Translations under genes and position numbers: made by a program
Notes under the pieces: generated by a model
The model's input: only the letters and a program-made list of their open reading frames with translations
What the model was told of the DNA's origin: nothing
Databases searched by the model: none
Shown: positions 26,772 to 37,117 of the stretch, one piece after another
How positions within the stretch are numbered: position 1 is the first letter of the stretch
Layout of the letters: every line of letters starts with the position of its first letter
DNA from: a virus
Lineage: Duplodnaviria; Caudoviricetes
IMG/VR virus record: IMGVR_UViG_3300035491_000281
DNA length: 64,000 bases
Direction: 5' to 3' (one strand)

Positions 26772-29444
26772 TTACCTCTGCGAAACAACTTGAATGAAGG
26801 GAGCCAGGTCTGGCCGCTTGCGCAGGTAGACCGCCAATGCCCGAGCGAAGAAGGTGTACTGATACAGATCCAGTTCCACCGGTGTCCCAAACCAATGCGG
26901 CCACACCTGCACATGCACGTCATCGTAATCCTGATTGCAGATGTCGTACGGTAGCAACCACTCGTACGGCTTACACCACTGTCGGATCTCCACCTCGCCG
27001 TACTGATCTTCGATCCCCTCCGGATAGAAATGCCCTTCCCTGAGATCGTGTAGCAGTTTGTTGGCGAACACCGAGAACACATGGTACTGGGTCTCGATGA
27101 AGTTACCCTCGGTCCGCACACGCGGGGGGAAGTACTCGGTCATGTAGTCACTGACCTTACGGTCCCGTTCGTCATCCAGCTGGCGGGCTGCCCGATCCAC
27201 CGGATAGACTTCGCGGAACACCACCGGAGGCGTCTGAATGCAGTACGGGGCACCGTTGCGTTCGTCGGCAATGCGCAGGTCGTTGCGCTGCTCGTCAAAC
27301 ACCAGATCCGCCGGATCGCGGTAATGACCATCAACCACCACCCGCCGCACCTTGTGGGTGTGGATGTCGTAACGATGGTCGTTGGACAGGACGCCGTACT
27401 CAACAAACCCGAACTCACTCACCGGCAGCCGGCTGAAGTCGCTTTGACAGAAACCATAACCACGGTAAAGCACTTTCTGGGTACCTTCCACCAGATACTC
27501 CAGGTTGCTGATCACCACCTCCGGCCACTGCACCTGGTAATCCAGTCCCTCGATCAACGGTCGGCCGTTGAGGTAAAGGTCGAGTTGACCGAAGGGGATA
27601 TCCAGGCGCTTCTCGTACTCACCGTCCGGGTGCTGCTCGATCGACGTAATGTTAAACCGTAGATGGCCGGCAGTGCGCGCCAGGTTGAGTTCCCGACACA
27701 GGAAAGTGTCATCGATACGGACAGCACCATACTGCGTTTGCGGATCGAGGGTCCACACCCAACGATGGGTTTCCCCCAGGTCGTCGATATACCCGAATTG
27801 ACTGCGGTCGACCGCCTCGGTGACGTCACGCCAGTTGCCGGTAACTTCTCCGCGCCAGACTTCACTGACGTACAGGCGGTAGTTGTAACCCGCCGGCAGC
27901 GTCACCGCCGTCGTACCGAAGACCGTGTTGAGGCGCTCGCCTCCGGTACCGGTTAGGGTCTCGACTTTTGCCGTCAGGGTATTACGCACCTGGTAATGCC
28001 GACCATGGTCGTGTAAATGCCACTCCAACAACACCCCGCGCGCATCGTACTCGAAGCAGGTGGCGTTTTGCCAATGCTCGTAGGCCAGATCGGCATACCG
28101 CAACCCATCTTTGCTGTATGCAGTCGATGGGGTGTCGGCCATCACTTTGGCCGCGGCGTGGTAGCCGAAGACGTCCCCCACAAACTCCTGGGCGGTTTGC
28201 TTGGCGGGGCTGTTCGCATCCGGTCGGTTGAACGTGATCGGGTGGACAAACGCCGGGTCGGCCGACATGAAGCGTACGTACGGACAGCGTTCCAAGTTCT
28301 CCGCCCGCCACAGATCCATACTCGAATCGATACCAGTCATAGCCCGCACAATACGGTCACTACTTAACCGGTACAACTCTTGAATCCGGTGTGAGTCTGC
28401 CACCAACGGCCGGCGGTAGCCGGACTCGCGAATGAACACCCGCAACTGCAACCCACTGAGGCTGGTCCAGTCGTCCTTCGGCCACCGACGCGGATCGATC
28501 TTGTGTCGATAGTCAGGCTGGTGTGTGCGAACAAACCCAGTCAGGCGTTCGACTGGGATGCTGTAGTCCTTGTGGGTCAACATCCGCAACCAGTCGCCCT
28601 CGTTGTGGTGGTAGTAGACCCCCATGAACCGTCCCGATACCCCCGGATGAATCAGATACACATCGACATCGTCCAGATACTCGATGGTGTCCACACTGGG
28701 GTCGTCGTAGTGCAGGATATACTTGCGTCCTGCATCCAGGGTGGAGATGAAGCTCGGCAGCTCGTCAATATTGAAATCCACCACCCGCTTGATCGAACCA
28801 TCGAGTACATACTCGACGACGTCCCCCACCATGGCGGTGGCAAGCGAGATGTTGCTGACGAAACGTCCGTTCACGTAGTAGTACGGAAACCCTCCTTCCT
28901 GTTCGACCAAGGCCACCAGGTCGCGTTGGAAAGTCAGCAGTTGATTTTCATCGACCACGGTGATACCACCCACCTGAATAAACCGCCGCCCTTCAGAGCG
29001 CGCACTCTGATAGAAGGCGTTGCTGTAGACCCGCAGGTACAGATCGGTGTCTTCCAGATCGTGAATCCGCTCGTTGATCTTCACCGCCACCACCAGGTTC
29101 TTACCGGGGGTAATCCAGATGTAGCTGGCATGGCGGGGGAACTGCACGCCGTTGGTGACGTACAGGTCGCTGAACAGCTGGTGGTCGTTGGCCAGCTCTG
29201 CCAGACTCAGCCAGCGGCGCAGTTGCTGTGGTAACCCCAACCGCTTGGGAATGACCTGACCAATTTGGTAGACGTGGTAATAGTCGGTGGTGCTGGGGAG
29301 CACCACCTTTTCGTAGAACAGATTGATGGTGCGGCGCACGCCATAACGCGGCGTGAGGCGGGCCAGGCGATAGACGAACTGGCGGTCCTGAGCCGGATTA
29401 CACCAAACATTCGCGATCGCATGCCGCAGCAGGTACTCGTTCAT
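26772..29444 (-). CDS. Virion structural protein (phiKZ gp27-like)
   Basis: 890 aa, N-terminal NVWCNP.QD; synteny. Confidence 0.7.
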   Translation of the reverse strand: MNEYLLRHAIANVWCNPAQDRQFVYRLARLTPRYGVRRTINLFYEKVVLPSTTDYYHVYQIGQVIPKRLGLPQQLRRWLSLAELANDHQLFSDLYVTNGVQFPRHASYIWITPGKNLVVAVKINERIHDLEDTDLYLRVYSNAFYQSARSEGRRFIQVGGITVVDENQLLTFQRDLVALVEQEGGFPYYYVNGRFVSNISLATAMVGDVVEYVLDGSIKRVVDFNIDELPSFISTLDAGRKYILHYDDPSVDTIEYLDDVDVYLIHPGVSGRFMGVYYHHNEGDWLRMLTHKDYSIPVERLTGFVRTHQPDYRHKIDPRRWPKDDWTSLSGLQLRVFIRESGYRRPLVADSHRIQELYRLSSDRIVRAMTGIDSSMDLWRAENLERCPYVRFMSADPAFVHPITFNRPDANSPAKQTAQEFVGDVFGYHAAAKVMADTPSTAYSKDGLRYADLAYEHWQNATCFEYDARGVLLEWHLHDHGRHYQVRNTLTAKVETLTGTGGERLNTVFGTTAVTLPAGYNYRLYVSEVWRGEVTGNWRDVTEAVDRSQFGYIDDLGETHRWVWTLDPQTQYGAVRIDDTFLCRELNLARTAGHLRFNITSIEQHPDGEYEKRLDIPFGQLDLYLNGRPLIEGLDYQVQWPEVVISNLEYLVEGTQKVLYRGYGFCQSDFSRLPVSEFGFVEYGVLSNDHRYDIHTHKVRRVVVDGHYRDPADLVFDEQRNDLRIADERNGAPYCIQTPPVVFREVYPVDRAARQLDDERDRKVSDYMTEYFPPRVRTEGNFIETQYHVFSVFANKLLHDLREGHFYPEGIEDQYGEVEIRQWCKPYEWLLPYDICNQDYDDVHVQVWPHWFGTPVELDLYQYTFFARALAVYLRKRPDLAPFIQVVSQR

Positions 29445-29456
29445 AAAGCGCCTCGT

Positions 29457-30380
29457 TTAAACAAAGCGGCTGCTGACGTGGCGAAATACCAGATCAACGA
29501 ACTGCTTAAGCTCCTGTTGACGACCCGTGGTCTCCGCCCGCCGTGACAACACCGCCTTACGGTAGGACTTCTCGCCGAGTGCGGCATAGGTCATGGCGAT
29601 GAATGTGGGTAGGTGTTCCAGGGCCACCCCGCAGTTTTCGCGGGCGTTAACGCCGACCCAGCTGGGGGCGATGATGGTGAACAGATCCGCAAACTTCAGT
29701 TCACTCAACCGGATTGTTCCGGCATGTTGACTGATCTGGCTGGCCAGGGCTTTGGCATCAGTCAAGTCGCCCAACTGGTCGGCCAGTTCCAGTACGGTCG
29801 GTACGGGTACGGCCGTCACCCGTCCAACCTGTTGTGCCAGACGCTGGCGGTCATCGGTACTGAGGGTGCGGTCCGACTGCAGCTGGGTGTAATAGTAGTA
29901 GGCGACCACAATCGACACCCGCAACTGAGCATCCAAATGCAGGTTGAAACGCTGTGCCAGGGCCAGGGTAATCCAGCGCACAAAGGTTTTCGCCGGAATA
30001 TCCCCGAGGCGATAGAACGCCTCTGGTTGTTCAGCGGCGAGGGCAGTCAGCGCCAGACGCGTGCATTGAAAACTGAAATCGTTTTCGGCTGTCAGACGGT
30101 ATGAGTCTGTACGGTATTCCCACCGCATGTACGGACGGCCGTCCAACACCCATTTGGAGGCATTGGGCTTTCCGATATTCACCAGTTGAGTAAAGCCGGG
30201 GACGTCGGTGTATTCGTCTTTCGGGGGAATATAGAAGGCTTGCTGGATCGTGTTGCCCATGGGTGTGGTCAGCACAGGCAGTGGCGCCTCGATGTCCGCA
30301 CGGAGCAACGCGTTAGTCAGCCGCTCTGTTTGGTTTTGGTAAGTCTGGCAAATGGTAGTAGCGTAAGGCGAAACAAGCAT
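29457..30380 (-). CDS. Conserved protein (phiKZ gp28-like)
   Basis: SPY.TT N-terminus; divergent from the sheath gene. Confidence 0.6.
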   Translation of the reverse strand: MLVSPYATTICQTYQNQTERLTNALLRADIEAPLPVLTTPMGNTIQQAFYIPPKDEYTDVPGFTQLVNIGKPNASKWVLDGRPYMRWEYRTDSYRLTAENDFSFQCTRLALTALAAEQPEAFYRLGDIPAKTFVRWITLALAQRFNLHLDAQLRVSIVVAYYYYTQLQSDRTLSTDDRQRLAQQVGRVTAVPVPTVLELADQLGDLTDAKALASQISQHAGTIRLSELKFADLFTIIAPSWVGVNARENCGVALEHLPTFIAMTYAALGEKSYRKAVLSRRAETTGRQQELKQFVDLVFRHVSSRFV

Positions 30381-30522
30381 GGCTGGACTCCACTATCGAT
30401 GTGTAAAAATAACTGAGTTCACTTCTATGGTCCAGATATTGGCTTAATATCTATGGATTGACTCAAGTTAATGCTCATAACATCGGTCGTAACGCTCCCA
30501 CCTCATATACGGAGAGAGAATC

Positions 30523-32607
30523 ATGTCAACCTTTAACAATGCCGCCCCGAAGTTCGTCTTCGGCGGCATCAACGACCAGTCTCGTCGTGCATTGGTGCGC
30601 GAGCCTGAAACGTACCCGCAACACATGCCGCTGGTGCGCCTGTTCACCGAGACCGGGCCGGAAGAAACCACCCTGGTCGATGGTTCCACGTTCAACAGCA
30701 TCTTCGGTCAGCAGACCCTGGCCCGCCGTGGTAAGTTCTTCAACCTGCAGTCGCTGCTCACCGAAACCGTGCTGCTCGCGGAAGGTAACAGCTTTTTCGT
30801 CAAGCGCCTGCGTCCCGAAGATGCGCCCGATCCGGCCCGCATCATCGTTGCGATCGATATCGTTGCTGACAGCATTCCGAAAGTCACCTCGACCCTGTCG
30901 GGCTTCGACTACCCGGAACTGGTCGACGAAACAGTTGTGGTTGCCGCCGACGGCACCGTTGAGACCGTCTCTGGTCTGCGCGGTAAGATCGTCCTGATCA
31001 AGGACAACACCACCCAGATCGGCCAGCAGAAAGTTATGCCCGGTAGCTTCGTTGCTGAAAGCGACGGCACGCAGTCGGTGATCTATCCGCTGTTCGAACT
31101 GCCGGCCAGCTTCTTCGGTGAAGGCGGCAACCTGCTCGGTATGCGTCTGTGGGCGCCGGTGGTGCAGGACAACGTTCCGTTCGACGAGAAGACCGCCGAC
31201 GCCTTCAAGACCCGCATGTACCGCGCACAGTTTATGCGCCGCGATTCGGTGGGTTCGACCCCGGTAGTAGTGCGCACCTCGCAGGGTGAGGACTACGTGG
31301 ACCTCTGCTTCACGCCGGGCGCTTACAGCGAGTCGACCGACAAGGAATACTACGCCGGTCAGGTACTGGTGCAGGCGTACGAAGACGATGGCATCGACAG
31401 CGGTAGTGCACCGCTCTACTCGCCGTTCTCTGAGATCCACATCTACCAAGAGAACATCGACACCGTTCAGCAGATGATCTACGACGCTGAACTGGCGGTC
31501 AATCCGTCGGCCGTCACCCATCTGCAGGGTCCGGGTCAGGTTGACCTGTTCACCGGTATCGACATCGACGGCGATCGCCTGCAGGCTCTGGTTCTGGAAG
31601 GTCCGCTTAAGGGTGGTATCCAGCTCGGAAAAGAAACCACCATCTATGCCTCCGGTGGCGGTGATGGTACCACCAGCCTGGAAATGTACGAGACGCTGGT
31701 CAACCGCGAGAACCGTAACTTCGGCGAACTGGGTGACGAGTACGACAACGTTCCGGTCTACCCGTTCTCGGTCGTCTACGACACCGGCCTGTCGATGGAA
31801 GGTAAGTACACCATGATGAACATTCTGGCCAAGCGTCAGGATATGCGTTGTGTGTTCACCACCTACGTCGAAGCCGAAGGTCGCATGCCGACCCGTTCCG
31901 AAGAACTGTCCCGTGCCCAGGCACTGATGGCCCGTCTGCGCGCCTACCCGGAATCGACCCTGTCCTCGACGCCGGTGTGTCGTGCCGAGATCATCCAGCA
32001 GACCGGTTACCTGGCGGGTGGTGGTTACACCAAGCCGGTACCGCTGGTGCTCGACTACGCTCAGCGTTGGGCGCGCTTCGCTGGTGCTGGTAACGGCATG
32101 ATGAAGGAAGGCTTCGATCCGGACACCAGCCCGAACAACCGGGTAAGTCTGGTCAAGGACCTGAACGTCAAGTTCTTCAACGAGCGCGTCCAGTCCGATC
32201 TGTGGGCGTCGGGTGCCACCTACACGCTGTCCTACGATCGACGCAGTCAGTACTACCCGGCACTGCATTCGGTCTACAGCGACGACACCTCGGTACTGAT
32301 CTCGCCGATCACTGTGGCTATCTGCTGTGACATCTTGCGTCTGGTGCGCAAGGTACATGCGGACTTCTCTGGCAACGCCAAGCTGACCAAGGAACAGCTG
32401 ATCGAGCAGTGCGATAACCGCATTCTTGAACTGGCCGATGGTCGCTACGTCGGTCGGGTACAGATCGTACCGCAGACCTACTTCACCGACGCCGACGATC
32501 AGCGCGGTTTCAGCTGGCACTGCAAAGTGACCGTTTACGCCAACAACCCGCGCACGGTGATGATCTTCGATCTCGAAACCCGCCGCATGGAGGACCTGGG
32601 CCAATAA
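30523..32607 (+). CDS. Tail sheath protein (phiKZ gp29-like)
   Basis: 694 aa; NAAP...GINDQS, PQHMPL, YDTG and the sheath C-terminal domain; followed by the tube gene. Confidence 0.9.
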   Translation: MSTFNNAAPKFVFGGINDQSRRALVREPETYPQHMPLVRLFTETGPEETTLVDGSTFNSIFGQQTLARRGKFFNLQSLLTETVLLAEGNSFFVKRLRPEDAPDPARIIVAIDIVADSIPKVTSTLSGFDYPELVDETVVVAADGTVETVSGLRGKIVLIKDNTTQIGQQKVMPGSFVAESDGTQSVIYPLFELPASFFGEGGNLLGMRLWAPVVQDNVPFDEKTADAFKTRMYRAQFMRRDSVGSTPVVVRTSQGEDYVDLCFTPGAYSESTDKEYYAGQVLVQAYEDDGIDSGSAPLYSPFSEIHIYQENIDTVQQMIYDAELAVNPSAVTHLQGPGQVDLFTGIDIDGDRLQALVLEGPLKGGIQLGKETTIYASGGGDGTTSLEMYETLVNRENRNFGELGDEYDNVPVYPFSVVYDTGLSMEGKYTMMNILAKRQDMRCVFTTYVEAEGRMPTRSEELSRAQALMARLRAYPESTLSSTPVCRAEIIQQTGYLAGGGYTKPVPLVLDYAQRWARFAGAGNGMMKEGFDPDTSPNNRVSLVKDLNVKFFNERVQSDLWASGATYTLSYDRRSQYYPALHSVYSDDTSVLISPITVAICCDILRLVRKVHADFSGNAKLTKEQLIEQCDNRILELADGRYVGRVQIVPQTYFTDADDQRGFSWHCKVTVYANNPRTVMIFDLETRRMEDLGQ

Positions 32608-32639
32608 GGCCCGGGTTCGCCCCTTAAGAGGACGCTGTA

Positions 32640-33503
32640 ATGGCAAGGTACACCAACCCCTTTATCGGTAACCGCGCCTACGGGCAAGGTCAAGCCGTGA
32701 ACACCATCGACCTGTCGCAGGCCGGTAGCGTTCAGTTCGCTCCCAATCTGGCCAATCTGGCCGGTAACACCCCGTACGTACGTCGTAACGTCGTACCGTT
32801 TCTGATCGAAGCACCGCGCTTCTTCCAGTACGCTCCAGACCCGGATCTGATGGTGCGTTGCCTGAAAGCGATGATCGAGAACCACACTCGTACCATCGAC
32901 GGTCTGAACCAGCAGCTGACAGTCGACACGGCCGAAGCGCCGGTCGGTGGTTCGGGTGAGCGCATTCAGACTGCCACCAACGTTACTCGTGCGGTGTCCA
33001 ACCCCTCGCACGGCATGTGGGAACTGCAGGGTCGTGCGATCTCCAAGTTCGTCAAGTGGTGGATTCAGTACGGCATCGGTGACGAGAACACCAAGGTTCC
33101 GCTGGTGGTCTCCAACGGTCAGGTTCGCGCTGAGGATTACGACGCTACCTTCTACGGAGCGACTATCCTCTACGTCGAGCCCGATCCGACCTTCACCGAC
33201 GTGGTCAGTGCCTGGCTCTGCACCAACATGTTCCCGACCGGCACGCCGCCGTGGGAAGGTTCCAAGGACGCCGGCCAGCTTGGCCAGAACCTCGACATCA
33301 ACATCGAGTTCACGGCGACCACGGACGTCTCGGTGGGCACCATGCTGTTTGCCAAGCAGATCATGCAGAGCCTGAACCTGGCGGGCATGAACCCGAACGA
33401 GAATCCGCTGTGGCTGGAAAACATCAGTGCCGATGTTCGCAAAGCCAACAACGGTATCGAGACGCAGCTGGAAGAAGGCGCAAGCCAGCGGATCAGCTAC
33501 TGA
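32640..33503 (+). CDS. Tail tube protein (phiKZ gp30-like)
   Basis: 287 aa directly after the sheath; YVRRN...[19 protein letters not shown]. Confidence 0.85.
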   Translation: MARYTNPFIGNRAYGQGQAVNTIDLSQAGSVQFAPNLANLAGNTPYVRRNVVPFLIEAPRFFQYAPDPDLMVRCLKAMIENHTRTIDGLNQQLTVDTAEAPVGGSGERIQTATNVTRAVSNPSHGMWELQGRAISKFVKWWIQYGIGDENTKVPLVVSNGQVRAEDYDATFYGATILYVEPDPTFTDVVSAWLCTNMFPTGTPPWEGSKDAGQLGQNLDINIEFTATTDVSVGTMLFAKQIMQSLNLAGMNPNENPLWLENISADVRKANNGIETQLEEGASQRISY

Positions 33504-33554
33504 TCCACAGCCCTCCCTTCGGGGAGGGCTACCTATAACGTCCTGAGGTGACTT

Positions 33555-33704
33555 ATGGCAACCACACTGCAAAGCAAAGCGACCCCTCAACCGGCCAAAC
33601 GGCAGGTGACCTATCCGGATGCGGTCTCGTCACTGGTGGCTAAACAGCCTGTAGGGCTGGCCCACCAGCTCAACGAAGGCGCTCGCAAGCGTCTGACCTT
33701 CTGA
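33555..33704 (+). CDS. 49-aa small ORF (not in the ORF track)
   Basis: GAGGTG SD; MATTLQSK...KRLTF; stop overlaps the SD of the nuclease gene. Confidence 0.45.
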   Translation: MATTLQSKATPQPAKRQVTYPDAVSSLVAKQPVGLAHQLNEGARKRLTF

Positions 33705-33714
33705 GGTGGGTCCG

Positions 33715-34176
33715 ATGAAAATGTGGTTGGGGTTTCTTGTTCTCTTGATCGGCTTGTTTGGGTTTGCCGACCGTAGTTGGAGTCACGACCAGACGCTCTG
33801 GTTGACCCCAAAACACATCACCCGTGTGTATGACGGGGATACGCTTTTCATCACGCTTCCGGAGCAGCTGGATGTCTTTGGAAAAGACTTGGGAGTGCGC
33901 GTTCTGGGAATCAACACTCCAGAGGTGCGCAGCAGCTGTACCACCGAAGAGCTTCGAGCGCGGGAACGGACCAAAGCCTATGCGGCTCGGGACTACTTGG
34001 CCACGCTACTGACACAAGCCCGCACGATCGAGTTGACGCAGTTGGATCGTGACAAGTATTTTCGACTGCTGGCCAATGTCACCCTGGACGGCTGGCCGGT
34101 GAGTAAGCTGATGATAGATGCCGGTTACGCCCTCCCGTACAGCGGTGGGACCAAAGAGAGTTGGTGCGGTAAGTAA
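33715..34176 (+). CDS. Thermonuclease (SNase-like) with N-terminal signal peptide
   Basis: VYDGDT, VRVLGINTPE, DRDKYFRLLA, GYA..Y; hydrophobic N-terminus WLGFLVLLIGLFGFA. Confidence 0.85.
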   Translation: MKMWLGFLVLLIGLFGFADRSWSHDQTLWLTPKHITRVYDGDTLFITLPEQLDVFGKDLGVRVLGINTPEVRSSCTTEELRARERTKAYAARDYLATLLTQARTIELTQLDRDKYFRLLANVTLDGWPVSKLMIDAGYALPYSGGTKESWCGK

Positions 34177-34228
34177 CCTTCAGCCCTCTCCAGTCAGGAG
34201 AGGGTTTATGTCGTTAAAGCCACGAAGC

Positions 34229-34244
34229 TTGGGATCTATATCAC
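34229..34244 (+). promoter_or_regulatory. Candidate early promoter
   Basis: TTGGGATCTATATCAC after a terminator and before ORF 34284. Confidence 0.5.
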
Positions 34245-34283
34245 CGACTGGATAACCCCCTATCTGTCTTGGAGTATCTCTCG

Positions 34284-34583
34284 ATGAAAGCCCTTTTGAC
34301 TGGTTTGTTTAATCTTGCATTCCTGATGCCTGTGGTGACTGCATCTGCCGTGTCCGGTGAACTTACCCCGCAGGAGATCTACCGCGACGCTCAGGTCGTG
34401 CTCTGTCAGCTGGATGCTGGCTGTTATGACCTGGAAACCGGGGAATCGGTAATCGAACCTGATGGGGAGTATGCCGAAGGTTATTCGGTGATATTGCCGC
34501 TGGATAAGTACAGCCCTGCACAGATTGAGGCCGCCCGGCAGATTCTGGAGCAAAAGTATCGGGACATGGTGTTGGGTGATTGA
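34284..34583 (+). CDS. Small exported protein
   Basis: Signal-peptide-like MKALLTGLFNLAFLMPVVTASA; a Cys pair. Confidence 0.6.
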   Translation: MKALLTGLFNLAFLMPVVTASAVSGELTPQEIYRDAQVVLCQLDAGCYDLETGESVIEPDGEYAEGYSVILPLDKYSPAQIEAARQILEQKYRDMVLGD

Positions 34584-34636
34584 CGACATACACGGAGGCC
34601 CGCTGGGGCCTCCGCATAAGGTTTCTTTTTTTTGTT

Positions 34637-35863
34637 TCAGTTGGTGTAATACTGCTTGGTCATGGCGCGCAGAATCACGTACAACAACAGTCCGGTACGC
34701 ACCGACGCGATCACGGCCCCATTGCGGGTCTTAACTGCGTTCATCACCAGCTTCTCTGCTTGTTCCCTCATCTTCAACACCGATGGGTCGGACGAGCGCG
34801 AGGCCATCAGCAACGAACGGACGTTGGCCACCAATGCTGCCAAGTCATTACTACGCCCCACCAAACTGCGGTTGGACTGCAGGTAGTCAAAGGTGTAGAG
34901 CAGGGTTTCCTTGACCAGCTCCTCCAGGTAGGCCTGGCCCCGTTGTTGGTAGTTACGGGTCAGGTACACCAAGGTTTCCTTCAACAACTGCGGGGGCATG
35001 GTCGGCATAGCCGAGGCAATAACGTTGATCAACTCATCTTTGATCAGGTTTCGTTCAGTCTGTGCCACCTCGTTCATATAGCGCAGGTAATCCGCGTAGC
35101 CGTTCTTGCGATCGCGCAGCACCATCTCACCGTCGGTGGTCATCATGGTGTCGCTAGTTGAAGTTACCCGCACGCCCGACTGTAGGGTTTCCAGGTAGAC
35201 GGCGTAGATCTTCTTTACTACTTCACGAATCCGACCCTGGGTGTCGGTCACCACCCGAATCAGTGAGGGATCGGGTTTGAAGTCTTGGATCGCTCGGCGG
35301 TAAATGCTGTTGGGGGACACCAGGTCTTCAGACCGCGCTTCCAACAGGGCCCGCCATGAACCATACCGGCGAATGTCGTAGCGTCCCGACAGCATGCTGT
35401 AGGTGGCCTGCGCCACTTCCCGGTCGGCTGGATAACGGAAACGGGTCACCAGCAGACTCGTTAGGAAGCGGTAGTGCAACACCATGAAGCCATGGACTTG
35501 GGCATCGCGCTTGAGCTTCTGGGGTAGGTTGGCCTGCTCCAACCGATGAGCCAGGTAAATCGGTGTGTAATTGAACACATCCGACATCACCTTAAATTCG
35601 TGGTTGATCGACTTGACCTTACGGAAGGCGTTGGTGAGCAGGGCTTCGTCGACGTCCAGAACGTCTTCGTACCAGGCTTCACGGTCGGACTCCAGGAAGC
35701 GGATCGGGTTGACCCCCAACAGTACACCGCCGAAGAAAGCGCTGTGGTCATCGTTACGGGTCATGAAACGTTGCGAGTATTGAATCACGCGCTGGCACAA
35801 GTCGCGGTCGAACTTGACTTGGTCAAACTGCTGATCAAAAACCTCTTTCAAGGTTGGGTTCAT
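34637..35863 (-). CDS. Conserved virion protein (phiKZ gp32-like)
   Basis: FFGGVLLGV...F and GTQGR-like (DTQGRIR) motifs; synteny. Confidence 0.65.
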   Translation of the reverse strand: MNPTLKEVFDQQFDQVKFDRDLCQRVIQYSQRFMTRNDDHSAFFGGVLLGVNPIRFLESDREAWYEDVLDVDEALLTNAFRKVKSINHEFKVMSDVFNYTPIYLAHRLEQANLPQKLKRDAQVHGFMVLHYRFLTSLLVTRFRYPADREVAQATYSMLSGRYDIRRYGSWRALLEARSEDLVSPNSIYRRAIQDFKPDPSLIRVVTDTQGRIREVVKKIYAVYLETLQSGVRVTSTSDTMMTTDGEMVLRDRKNGYADYLRYMNEVAQTERNLIKDELINVIASAMPTMPPQLLKETLVYLTRNYQQRGQAYLEELVKETLLYTFDYLQSNRSLVGRSNDLAALVANVRSLLMASRSSDPSVLKMREQAEKLVMNAVKTRNGAVIASVRTGLLLYVILRAMTKQYYTN

Positions 35864-35989
35864 GGGGGACTCCACTGGGTCGAGAAAACACAGCAGTAAA
35901 ACACTCTGCCGTCTAAATCTTTGGATCTAAATCATTAAGCAGGTTAGGTCCGTCGCATCCAATGATTATAACGATAGAGGTAACCGTCA

Positions 35990-36304
35990 ATGAGTACTGT
36001 CTTGCCAATGCAGTTCGAGGGTCTGGAGCAGGAAATCCAATCCTTGGTCAGCCAACTGGACACCGTCCACGGCTTCCTACAGGTCGATGCCCAGATGGGT
36101 CATTACCCCCCGCAGGAGAATGCCGATGAGTACCTGCAGTTCCACACCCCTCAGTTGATCCAGCGCCTGCGTGAGCTCCTCAACGACCCCGTACAGGGTG
36201 TTGTCGCCGAAGAGCGCCTCAGTGCCCAGGGGTACGCGGTAACGGTGGTAGAGGAGCAGAGCCGGCGGTTGTACTTGAAGGGTACGACCTACATCACCCT
36301 CTAG
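35990..36304 (+). CDS. Hypothetical protein
   Basis: GAGGT SD; followed by a hairpin element. Confidence 0.6.
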   Translation: MSTVLPMQFEGLEQEIQSLVSQLDTVHGFLQVDAQMGHYPPQENADEYLQFHTPQLIQRLRELLNDPVQGVVAEERLSAQGYAVTVVEEQSRRLYLKGTTYITL

Positions 36305-36509
36305 GTCATACATCGGGACCCTTCGGGGTCCCTGTTTATGCCGTACTGTCTATCACCCCTACCAGCCCGCAGGGCTTTTAAAATTTTCGCGACGCCGCGG
36401 CGCGCGCAGTACGTCTTGTGGGTTCCTAAGGAGTCCATGGGTAGCGTATGCTAAACCCATGTCAAGCTTAAAGTAGCGGTCGCTAGATACCCGTTAGGGA
36501 ATCCGGATA

Positions 36510-36557
36510 GCTCTAGTTTGTTATCGTCCCATCGGACGTATGATAACAAACTAGAGC
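36510..36557. repeat. Perfect 16-bp inverted repeat
   Basis: GCTCTAGTTTGTTATC (36510-36525) and GATAACAAACTAGAGC (36542-36557). Confidence 0.9.
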
Positions 36558-37117
36558 GTACAGGAGTCTGAGGAAAGCTTTTGCTCTTATAAACCGGAGA
36601 GCGACAAGCGCTCTCCTCCTTATTTTCTTCTACGAAGTATAACCTAAACCAGCCAGACCCTGAGGGGGGTCTGGCTGACCTTATTCTTCTTCTTTCCTTC
36701 GCCAGAAGAAAATACTGTTTTTTTGTTTATTATATAGAGGGGGACCGACACCGACAACGGAGGGGGCGGGACCCCCTCCTTATTCTTTCGCTCTTGGAAG
36801 AAAGCGCCCTAATCATCGTACCATAGTAGTTTTTAGTTTTTCTTTCCGCAAATCCCAAAGAGTGCCGTCAAGCACTCGTTTATACCGACTCGTCCCGACG
36901 CAGAAAAAACTTACCCCCAAGCTGAAGCTATGTGGAGGAGTGTCACCTCCAGGCATGTGTTCTCTTGATCCTACCTGACCAGTCGCCGGGCCTGGTTGGT
37001 TTAGCTGTAAAGCGTAGGCTCGCTCTCTCCGTACAGCCCGGCCTCGAATTCTTAAGCGCTCTGTCAGACGACAGGGCGGCTATACCGAAGCTAACCAAAC
37101 CAAAAGGAGCAACACCC

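Noticed and set aside
36932-37117. 62-aa N-terminal extension of PhuZ in the ORF track
   Set aside because: AAGGAG-GTG at 37118 gives the typical tubulin start, and the extension shows no tubulin features
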